From contig NZ_JAEVYN010000002.1 in assembly GCF_016807185.1 (NCBI RefSeq), positions 1,630,980 through 1,662,979 on the forward strand: 32,000 bases of DNA. The letters are read 5' to 3'. The position numbers and the translations under genes were made by a program. This DNA is from Leptolyngbya sp. Cla-17. GTDB lineage: Bacteria; Cyanobacteriota; Cyanobacteriia; Leptolyngbyales; Leptolyngbyaceae. Under the pieces are notes generated by a model. That model saw only the letters and a program-made list of their open reading frames with translations, was not told the DNA's origin and did not search any database. Below are positions 16,026 through 23,361 of this stretch, one piece after another. Each line of letters begins with the position of its first letter. Positions within the stretch are counted from its first letter, which is position 1.

Positions 16026-17735
16026 TTGCAGGGAGAGAATGCTGTGGCAATTTCGGCAATCTCTGGCATGGGCGGGATTGGCAAGACCGAATTGGCAGTG
16101 CAGTATGCATGGGAACATTTGGCGCAGAAAACCTATCCGGGTGGCGTGGTTTGGTTAAAAGCACGGGAAGACGTGGCAACGCAAATTGTGCTGTTTGCCC
16201 GATCGCTGCCGATGCCGCAACCACACGATGATTTTGAACTGGCAGAGAAGGTGAAGTTTTACTGGCGCAACTGGCAAGACGCGAAAACGCTGGTGATTTT
16301 GGATGATGTCCAGAATTATGGTGCCATCAAACCGCTGCTGCCAGTAGACCCGCGCTTCAAAATTTTGCTGACCACTCGCTGGCGGTTGCAATCGCCCGTA
16401 CAGGATTTTGAAATCAAGGTGCTGTCGGAGGAGAAGGCGATCGAGTTGCTAAGGGCGATCGTTTTTGATGGACGAATCGACCAGCAAATTGATGAAGCCA
16501 AGCGAATTTGTCAGTGGTTGGGCTACTTGCCACTGGGCTTGGAGTTGGTCGGGCGATATCTGGCGCGAAAACCGGATACATCGTTGGCAACCCTGTGGCA
16601 ACGCTTGCAGGACAAAAAGCTGAACGCGAAAGCGCTGAAAGATGCCGTCCCGGAAATGCCCGCAATTCTGGGAGTCACCGCCGCTTTTGAATTGAGTTGG
16701 GACGTGTTGGATGAGCTAGCGCAACAGTTGACAGCATTGCTGAGTCTGTTTGCCCTGGCAGAGATTCCCTGGACGTTGGTAGAAGCGTGTTTACCGGAGG
16801 AAGACCCAGAAGCGTTAGAAGATCGGCGGGATGAGTCGCTGGTCTCCCTACATCTGCTGGTACGCACCGGACAAGGCACGTACCAACTGCACCAACTGCT
16901 GCGCGAGTTTTTTGCGGCAAAACGGGCGGAAATGGCAGTAGATGAAGAGATGAAGCAAGCATTCTGCCGGGTGATGTCAGCTGTGGCAGATCAGATGCCA
17001 ATAAACCCAACCCGATCGCAGATTGAGCAATTTGCCCCGGTCATTCCCCACCTGAAGGAAGTCGCCGACACTCTCCATCCCTGGCTCACCGATGCTGATG
17101 TAATTAAACCCTCTACCCGAATTGCTCAGTTCTATGAAGGACAGGCAGCCTACGCCGAGGCACTACCCTGGTATCAACACAGTTTAGAAATCGCAGAAAC
17201 CAGATTAGGAGCAGAGCATCCCCATGTCGCCACCAGCCTCAACAATCTGGCAGGACTCTACCAATCCCAAGGACGCTACAGCGAGGCAGAACCGCTGTAC
17301 CTCAGAGCGCTAGCAATCTATGAACAGCAGTTGGGCGCAGACCATCCCGATGTCGCCACCAGCCTCAACAATCTGGCAGGACTCTACGAATCCCAAGGAC
17401 GCACCAGCGAGGCAGAACCGCTGTTCCTCAGAGCACTGGCAATCAGGGAACAGCAGTTGGGCGCAGACCATCCCGATGTCGCCACCAGCCTCAACAATCT
17501 GACATTACTCTACAAATCCCAAGGACGCACCAGCGAGGCAGAACCGCTGTACCTCAGAGCGCTGGCAATCCTGGTCGAGAAACTGGGAGACAACCATCCC
17601 AATACCCAAACGGGGCGGCAAAACTTCCGGTTCTTGTTGCAGCAAGTGATTCAGGCGGGGCAAACGGCGCAGCTATCGGAGCATCCGCTGACGCAGAAAC
17701 TCATTCAGCAATTACAAATGCAGAATCAGGAATGA
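16026..17735 (+). CDS. STAND NTPase of the NB-ARC (AP-ATPase) clade with C-terminal TPR repeats (NLR-like); the true 5' end is uncertain
   Basis: P-loop GMGGIGKTE (16065-16091), Walker B LVILDD (16290-16307), LLTTR (16365-16379), and the GLPL-type motif GYLPLGLE (16521-16544). The C-terminus has kinesin-light-chain-type 42-aa TPRs (ATSLNNLAGLYQSQGRYSEAEPLYLRALAIYEQQLGADHPDV, three copies). The track start TTG 16026 lies downstream of the conserved FVGREQEL pre-P-loop element (15984-16007). Confidence 0.85.
   Translation: MQGENAVAISAISGMGGIGKTELAVQYAWEHLAQKTYPGGVVWLKAREDVATQIVLFARSLPMPQPHDDFELAEKVKFYWRNWQDAKTLVILDDVQNYGAIKPLLPVDPRFKILLTTRWRLQSPVQDFEIKVLSEEKAIELLRAIVFDGRIDQQIDEAKRICQWLGYLPLGLELVGRYLARKPDTSLATLWQRLQDKKLNAKALKDAVPEMPAILGVTAAFELSWDVLDELAQQLTALLSLFALAEIPWTLVEACLPEEDPEALEDRRDESLVSLHLLVRTGQGTYQLHQLLREFFAAKRAEMAVDEEMKQAFCRVMSAVADQMPINPTRSQIEQFAPVIPHLKEVADTLHPWLTDADVIKPSTRIAQFYEGQAAYAEALPWYQHSLEIAETRLGAEHPHVATSLNNLAGLYQSQGRYSEAEPLYLRALAIYEQQLGADHPDVATSLNNLAGLYESQGRTSEAEPLFLRALAIREQQLGADHPDVATSLNNLTLLYKSQGRTSEAEPLYLRALAILVEKLGDNHPNTQTGRQNFRFLLQQVIQAGQTAQLSEHPLTQKLIQQLQMQNQE
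17211..17588 (+). repeat. three tandem 126-bp repeats, nearly identical at the DNA level, encoding 42-aa TPR units
   Basis: Copies start at 17211, 17337 and 17463, exactly 126 nt apart. For example, gcagaccatcccgatgtcgccaccagcctcaacaatctg is identical in copies 2 and 3. Confidence 0.9.
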
Positions 17736-17765
17736 CTGGATGGCAAGGCGGTTGTTTTATCCAGT
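17735..17765. terminator. weak hairpin between convergent genes (possible bidirectional terminator)
   Basis: actggat (17735-17741) pairs with atccagt (17759-17765), a 7-bp stem with a 17-nt loop. The flanks are only modestly T-rich. Confidence 0.3.
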
Positions 17766-17773
17766 GGTCTTGT

Positions 17774-18178
17774 TTAGTAACAGCCCAACGCTGAAACGGT
17801 GTAGGTATTGCCGATCGCCCGTAATCCACCCACGCTGGCATTTACCTGATAAGGCGTGGCATTAGGCCTCGCTGGCCCCTGAATGTTGTAAGGCTTGCCT
17901 TCGGGTAGCTTCAGAGTCCGCACGAAAGCCTTATCTGCGGTGTCGTTATTGTATTTTAGAAACATGGCAATATCATATTCACCCCCATTTTTAGGCACAA
18001 TGCGAACAACATAACGCCTAAAACTTTGGCTGCTGGGCACCACAAAATCCGTACTCCAGTTGTTCCGAGTGATGCCAGTACCTGGAGGGGAGACTGATTT
18101 TTGCGCCTGAGTTCCCTTACCATCTACAACTGCCAACGCTGTGCAGGATTGCGCCGTCGCTGAATTCATGAAGCCCAC
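17774..18178 (-). CDS. small beta-rich protein with Cys near both ends, probably exported; start codon ambiguous
   Basis: The ORF track starts at GTG 18178, and an ATG lies at 18169. The mature-like sequence runs from QSC... to ...LGCY (two Cys). No recognised domain. It lies downstream of, and on the same strand as, the lipase gene. Confidence 0.55.
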   Translation of the reverse strand: MGFMNSATAQSCTALAVVDGKGTQAQKSVSPPGTGITRNNWSTDFVVPSSQSFRRYVVRIVPKNGGEYDIAMFLKYNNDTADKAFVRTLKLPEGKPYNIQGPARPNATPYQVNASVGGLRAIGNTYTVSALGCY

Positions 18179-18359
18179 CGCCCCCCAGTAGACCTGATAA
18201 TGCCCGCGATCGCAATAGTTTCTAACTGATTCATGGTTGACAGCCTCAGTAAGTTCGGTGCCTCTTCAGTGTTTTCTGTTCTGCCATAACTCACATCCCC
18301 AAAAAGAGAGATAAAGCCAAAGTTGCGACCTCCCGGTTTTTAGACCGATTTACCCAAAG

Positions 18360-19478
18360 TCACACAGGGAAGTCTGGCAGCATGTTGGTTTCCACTTGTT
18401 TGGCGATCGCCGCCCGATACACACTAGTAAAGTGATTGGGTGCAACATCGCCGGTGTAATAGAGAAAAGACCAGTTTTGCCCAACATGGCGAAAATCTGA
18501 ATTTTGGGTTTTAGAAGGAGGCACTGCTGGCACGGAATCCGCCAGGTTGAAAATCCGATACATATTAGGAACTGCCCCACTCAGAAATTCAGCAAATGCA
18601 AGATTGCCCACCCTGGGAGATGCATAAGTATAGAGCCGCAATTGGGGTTTCATCCTAGAGCTTGATAAATCCGAAGCGGCAAAGGTCGCGAGGGCAGCCC
18701 CCAAACTATGCCCGGTTAGGTAGCAAGGTGCGGCAGGATTCAACAGTTTGGCTGCCGCCTGCACTTGCGTTTGCACATTGGTATAAAACGACTGAAATCC
18801 TCTGTGAACTTTGGCAGCCTTTGCACCCGCTTGCACATAGTCCACTTGTCTAACTTGAAGATTAGAAATCCAGTCATCAGAGGTTTGAGAACCGCGAAAC
18901 ACAATGATGTTGCCCTGTTTAGAGGTTAAGGCAAAGCCCAAATAGACACTTCTAGGGTTAGCGACTCGCTGCAATGCTCTGGGAAGTCTGTCGCGAATTT
19001 CCTGAGGCAGTTGGCGTTCGATTGCGTCGAGGGGCAATTGCTGCAAAATTTTAGGAATCACAGTGCCCTGAAGCGATAATCCTAGTAGTTCTTCCTGTGC
19101 TTTAAAGGCTGCAACCTCAGTATAGCCATCCAACAGAGGCGTATAGCTTTTCAGAGATTTGATTGAGCCATCATAGGCAGGGTTTGCGATGCCAGCCGCA
19201 TATTGATCGTAAGCAATATCACAACACTGAATCATCAGCTTGGATAGGGTGCGATCGTAGGGAACAGTCGGCTGCACTAAGCCATCTTCAACTTTAGGAG
19301 GACTATTCGGATCGCCATCATAATCAAATAATGCGGGTGGTCCTTTTGGTTCTCCGTTGTTCTTGTTAGGTGTAGGAGGTTCAGCTGCTTGGATGGAATG
19401 CTGTTGAGTCGCGATCGCGCTTGCAGTACCCGCTGCCAATCCAGTTAGCAACACCTTCCGCCGAGTTAGCTTAGTCAT
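18360..19478 (-). CDS. class 3 (fungal-type) lipase family protein with a twin-arginine signal peptide
   Basis: The ATG at 19478 gives MTKLTRRKVLLTGLAAGTASAIATQQHSIQA (Tat motif RRKVLL plus an h-region). Nucleophile elbow YLTGHSLGAALATF, Asp context FNLADSVPAVPP, His context DFRHVG. The 54 codons upstream of this ATG in the track ORF translate a repeat element and are rejected. Confidence 0.85.
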   Translation of the reverse strand: MTKLTRRKVLLTGLAAGTASAIATQQHSIQAAEPPTPNKNNGEPKGPPALFDYDGDPNSPPKVEDGLVQPTVPYDRTLSKLMIQCCDIAYDQYAAGIANPAYDGSIKSLKSYTPLLDGYTEVAAFKAQEELLGLSLQGTVIPKILQQLPLDAIERQLPQEIRDRLPRALQRVANPRSVYLGFALTSKQGNIIVFRGSQTSDDWISNLQVRQVDYVQAGAKAAKVHRGFQSFYTNVQTQVQAAAKLLNPAAPCYLTGHSLGAALATFAASDLSSSRMKPQLRLYTYASPRVGNLAFAEFLSGAVPNMYRIFNLADSVPAVPPSKTQNSDFRHVGQNWSFLYYTGDVAPNHFTSVYRAAIAKQVETNMLPDFPV

Positions 19479-19560
19479 GCTTGCACAGGAAAAAATTACC
19501 TCCCAAATCATCCTTCCTTCACCCAGGTTGTGCAAGAGCAAATGTAGGAATACGTAGTAA

Positions 19561-19640
19561 ATTGGGGTGCGGAGTTTTGAGTTGTTTTTCTGTCTTTCCC
19601 TTCTGTTGCCTAGCTCCTGTCCCTTAGCTTCTAACTTCAT
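19561..19640. repeat. small dispersed repeat copy (ACTCCGCAC family, reverse orientation)
   Basis: ggggtgcggagt (19564-19575) is followed by tttgagttgtttttctgtctttcccttctgttgcctagctcctgtccc. This is collinear with the 6700-6775 copy and with the reverse complement of 11633-11701. Confidence 0.6.
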
Positions 19641-19932
19641 TGATCAGGATATACATTCCTCACTTAGGGATTGCGGTAATCTATTGCAAGCATCTAGTAA
19701 TTTCCAAAATGCTCTATCTGAGTAGGCACAAAAAGCGATCGCAGCCGTCTTTTATTCAAGTGCAGGATAGTGGATGAACCTACCTTGAAACTTCGATTGA
19801 GGGCGTTAGAATCAAACTGCACAGCAAGTTTCAGACAATCTCTAAGCATCTACAGTGCATAGGTGTACATAGAAGTAATTGACAGAGAAACTTATACTAT
19901 TCAGCTAGAGGCGGTAGGCTATCTAGAAAGGT

Positions 19933-19940
19933 GAGAGGAG
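19933..19940 (+). promoter_or_regulatory. Shine-Dalgarno sequence of the alpha-oxoamine synthase gene
   Basis: GAGAGGAG lies 6 nt upstream of the GTG start at 19947. Confidence 0.65.
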
Positions 19941-19946
19941 TTTATT

Positions 19947-21221
19947 GTGCAAGTTGTAAAAGAATACGTTCAACGATGGTATGAAAGCGGGCTTGACCCT
20001 GATGAATACATTTGCCATCGCAAAAACGGAAATATGGTTGAAATTGAGAACGCTACAGGCAAACGCCAAGTAGTGTTAACCTTTTGCACCAATGATGTTT
20101 TGGGATTAACTCAAGACGAGTCGGTTAAACAAGCGGCGATCGACTCCATTTTGCAGTATGGAACTTCTAATAGTTCCTGCTCAGTTCTCAGCGGTCGAAT
20201 TGATTTACACCGTCAGTTAGAAGATGAAGTGTCTGCCTTTAAGCATTTACCCCACACGCAGCTATTTTTGAATGCGTGGATGGCAATGCAGGCATTGATG
20301 GATGCCTTCTGCCACTTAGCAATTCCTGTCCCAGGCTTTCAGCACACTCGCGAAACGCTGATTTTGACTGATGTTCTGAACCACGGCTGTATTGTCTCAG
20401 CGATCGCCAATGCCGGAACCCGCTCTGGAAAACTGTTTGGACATAGCCCACGGGTGCGGGTGCGCGCCTATCGCCATTGCGATGTCCAGGATTTGGCTCG
20501 TAAGTTGCAGCGGTATGTTCGTCCCGGCGATCGCATCATGGTCGTCTCCGATGCGGTGTTTTCCATGGACGGCGATATTGCGCCTTTACCCGAAATGATT
20601 GACGTACTGTCAAACTATCCCGGTAGCGTATTGGTCATGGATGAAGCCCATGCTACCGGAGCGCTGGGTGCCACTGGACGCGGCATTTATGAGTATTTCA
20701 ATTTAAAGCCCCAAGATGCGATCAATCGCGGGGTGATTCCGCTGATTATGACAACGTTTTCAAAGTTTGGTGCATCCGTAGGAGCAGCAATCAGCACCCA
20801 CATTGCAGAACTCAAACCCCTACTGAGTGTATCGCCGACCTCCATTGGCACTTGCTCTTTAGCTCCACCGCTGACTGCTGCTGCTTTGCAATGCATTCGG
20901 ATTGTGCGCGATCAGCCTGAACGGGTGACCCGGTTGCAGGAGAACACGCAATATCTGCGATCGCGTCTCAAAGCCCACGATTTTCTGGCGATCGGTGAAA
21001 CGAATGTAGTGCCCGTCATGCTGCCCCCGGAAATTAACCCTAAAATCTACGCCAGAGAACTATTGGAGTATGGCGTTTGGGTTTCGCCTATTTGGTTCAT
21101 CGCCAAGCCCCGCGTCCGGATTACCGTCAACGCTTTGCATACTCGCGAAGAAATGGATCGTTTAGCGACCACCATGGCAAAAGCCCGCGATTTACTCTAC
21201 GAGCCAACCATCAGCGCTTAA
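19947..21221 (+). CDS. PLP-dependent alpha-oxoamine synthase family enzyme (8-amino-7-oxononanoate synthase / serine palmitoyltransferase-like)
   Basis: Family motifs are present: NDVLGL, VVSDAVFSMDGDIAPL, VMDEAHATGALGATGRG, the PLP-lysine motif TTFSKFGASVGAAIS, and C-terminal RITVNALHTREEMDRL. The glycine-rich loop is atypical (GTSNSSCSVLSG), and NHGC stands where canonical members have NHAS. Confidence 0.82.
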   Translation: MQVVKEYVQRWYESGLDPDEYICHRKNGNMVEIENATGKRQVVLTFCTNDVLGLTQDESVKQAAIDSILQYGTSNSSCSVLSGRIDLHRQLEDEVSAFKHLPHTQLFLNAWMAMQALMDAFCHLAIPVPGFQHTRETLILTDVLNHGCIVSAIANAGTRSGKLFGHSPRVRVRAYRHCDVQDLARKLQRYVRPGDRIMVVSDAVFSMDGDIAPLPEMIDVLSNYPGSVLVMDEAHATGALGATGRGIYEYFNLKPQDAINRGVIPLIMTTFSKFGASVGAAISTHIAELKPLLSVSPTSIGTCSLAPPLTAAALQCIRIVRDQPERVTRLQENTQYLRSRLKAHDFLAIGETNVVPVMLPPEINPKIYARELLEYGVWVSPIWFIAKPRVRITVNALHTREEMDRLATTMAKARDLLYEPTISA

Positions 21222-21281
21222 AGCTGTGCTTAAAAACCTGTTTTCTGCTTTGACCTTCTTCTTAGCTAGGGAGAGGGTTTT

Positions 21282-21938
21282 TTATGTTCCCTTTGCTCTT
21301 CTCAGCCAGATGCCCCGCAACCCGGCGTTCTGTGCTGCCTGATAGTCTTCTGTAAAACTATCGCCAATATGCCAAGCGTCTTGCGGTTGGCACTTGTGTT
21401 TGTGCAATGCCACCTCAAAAATTCGAGAGTCTGGCTTAGCGGTGCCGGCTTCAGTTGAAATGGTGATGGATTCAAAAAAATCCATTAGATTTAACCCTTG
21501 CAGAACTGAATAAATTCGGGAATCGAAATTAGAAAGAACACCAAGGGAAATGCCTAATTGCTGCCAGCGTTTCAGGGCGATGGGCGCATCGGGATACACT
21601 TGCCACGGGTCAATCGCGGCAAAATAGGCAAACAACTCTGCAAAAAACGCCTCAAAATCAGAAAATTGGTGCAGGGCATCGACGTGCTGAAAGGTTTCCA
21701 CCGCGATGTCAAACCACCAGGCATATTCTTTAGCTTTTAGCTCCGAGGAATCGCACGCCGGAAAAGCCGGAGAACCCGACGCCTGAAAGCTTTTAAAGAA
21801 TGCCTGGTTTAGTGCTTCAGCAGGAAGATCTACGCCAAAACGACCGGCCACTTTGGCGTATTGCTCACCGACGCTGCCCTGCACCCCAAACAGCGTTCCC
21901 ACTGCATCTAAAAAGATGACCGAGGGGCTATCGCTCAT
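21282..21938 (-). CDS. HAD-superfamily hydrolase (218 aa)
   Basis: The ATG at 21938 gives MSDSPSVIFLDAVGTLFG (HAD motif I, DxxGT). The sequence also has LGVLSNFD and a late GDSFTEDYQAA motif. The track ORF extends to 22091, but that extension overlaps argG and is rejected. Confidence 0.82.
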   Translation of the reverse strand: MSDSPSVIFLDAVGTLFGVQGSVGEQYAKVAGRFGVDLPAEALNQAFFKSFQASGSPAFPACDSSELKAKEYAWWFDIAVETFQHVDALHQFSDFEAFFAELFAYFAAIDPWQVYPDAPIALKRWQQLGISLGVLSNFDSRIYSVLQGLNLMDFFESITISTEAGTAKPDSRIFEVALHKHKCQPQDAWHIGDSFTEDYQAAQNAGLRGIWLRRAKGT

Positions 21939-21939
21939 G

Positions 21940-23142
21940 TTACTTACGTCCTGTTTCTGCCCAAACGCGAGTCGGCAAACCCCACACATAGACGAACCCT
22001 TTCGCCGCCTGATGGTCAAAGACATCCTCTTTGCCGTAGGTTGCCAAATCAGGTGTATACAGCGAGTGAGCAGACTTGCGCCCCACCACACTATGGGTTC
22101 CCTTAAACAGCTTCACCCGCACCGTTCCAGTCACCCGCTCTTGAGTGCTTAGCACAAACGCATCTAACGCATCTTTGAGGGGGCTGTACCAAAGCCCGTT
22201 ATAGACGAGTTGGGTGTAGGTTTGCTCAATACCGCGCTTATATTGAGCGACATCCGCCGTCAGCGTTAAGCTTTCCAAGTCACGGTGGGCATCAATCAGC
22301 AACAACATCGCAGGCGTTTCATAAATCTCGCGCGATTTAATTCCTACCAGGCGGTTTTCGATCATGTCAAGCCGACCTACACCGTGCTTGCCAGCCATTT
22401 CGTTCAGTTGGGTAATCAAAGCGATCGCGTCAGGTGTTGCGCCGTTGATACTAACGGGAATGCCTTTTTCAAAGCCAATTTCTATATATTCTGGCTCGTT
22501 GGGCGTGTTGGCGATCGCCGTCGTCATCGTATAAACATCTTCTGGTGCTTCAATCCAGGGATCTTCCAGTATGCCAGCTTCCACCGCCCGTCCCAACAGG
22601 TTTTCATCAATACTATAGGGCGACGATTTTTTCACGGGTGACGGAATGCCAAACCGTTCACCGTAAGCGATCGTTTCTTCCCGGCTCATGCCCCATTCCC
22701 GCGCTGGAGTGAGCACCTTCAGGTTTGGATTGAGCGCCGCGATCGAAACATCAAACCGCACCTGGTCATTCCCTTTGCCTGTGCAGCCATGAGCCACTGC
22801 ATCCGCACCATATTTTTCGGCTGCATCTACCAGCAGTTTTGCAATTAGAGGACGAGCCAGCGCCGTGGATAGCGGATAGCGATTCTCGTACAGCGCATTG
22901 GCTTGAATTGCTGGAAACGCATAATCCTTCACAAAGCTCTCGGTCGCATTAATCACCAAAGACTCTAAAGCGCCCGACTTAAGAGCCTTTTCGCGGACTG
23001 GCTCCATGTCAGATTCCTGTCCCAAATCCGCCGCTAGCGTAATCACCTCTTCTACGCCCCACTCCTGCTTTAGGTAAGGAATGCACACCGAAGTATCAAC
23101 TCCGCCGGAGTATGCCAGCACAACTTTATTAGCGCGACCCAT
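21940..23142 (-). CDS. argG: argininosuccinate synthase
   Basis: [17 protein letters not shown]-pyrophosphatase motif, [19 protein letters not shown] and SIDENL. 400 aa. Confidence 0.97.
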   Translation of the reverse strand: MGRANKVVLAYSGGVDTSVCIPYLKQEWGVEEVITLAADLGQESDMEPVREKALKSGALESLVINATESFVKDYAFPAIQANALYENRYPLSTALARPLIAKLLVDAAEKYGADAVAHGCTGKGNDQVRFDVSIAALNPNLKVLTPAREWGMSREETIAYGERFGIPSPVKKSSPYSIDENLLGRAVEAGILEDPWIEAPEDVYTMTTAIANTPNEPEYIEIGFEKGIPVSINGATPDAIALITQLNEMAGKHGVGRLDMIENRLVGIKSREIYETPAMLLLIDAHRDLESLTLTADVAQYKRGIEQTYTQLVYNGLWYSPLKDALDAFVLSTQERVTGTVRVKLFKGTHSVVGRKSAHSLYTPDLATYGKEDVFDHQAAKGFVYVWGLPTRVWAETGRK

Positions 23143-23361
23143 GTTCTTTCTAGGCTTACCGAAACAACTGAACCATTATCCAGTGAATGTACACTTTTTC
23201 TTGTTAGAGAAGGTACAAATTGGTAAAAAGCGGAAGCAAGGTTGATATTTCGGCTCTTTTCTCTTGGCTCCTTCCTATAATTCTTCTTGAAGTTCTAATT
23301 TGCGGATAATCGGGACGGGCGATAGTTTAGGATGGGCGGTTGAGTGCACGGAGAAGGCATC

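Noticed and set aside
19479-19640. The 54-codon N-terminal extension of the lipase ORF in the track
   Set aside because: It translates the dispersed repeat copy at 19561-19640 (KLEAKGQELGNRRERQKNN...). The internal ATG at 19478 gives a textbook Tat signal peptide.
19879-19884. A TTGACA -35-like hexamer upstream of the alpha-oxoamine synthase gene
   Set aside because: The candidate -10 hexamers (tatact, tactat, tattca) are only 8-13 nt away rather than 16-18 nt.
21939-22091. The N-terminal extension of the HAD ORF
   Set aside because: It overlaps the 3' end of argG in another frame. The ATG at 21938 starts directly with HAD motif I.
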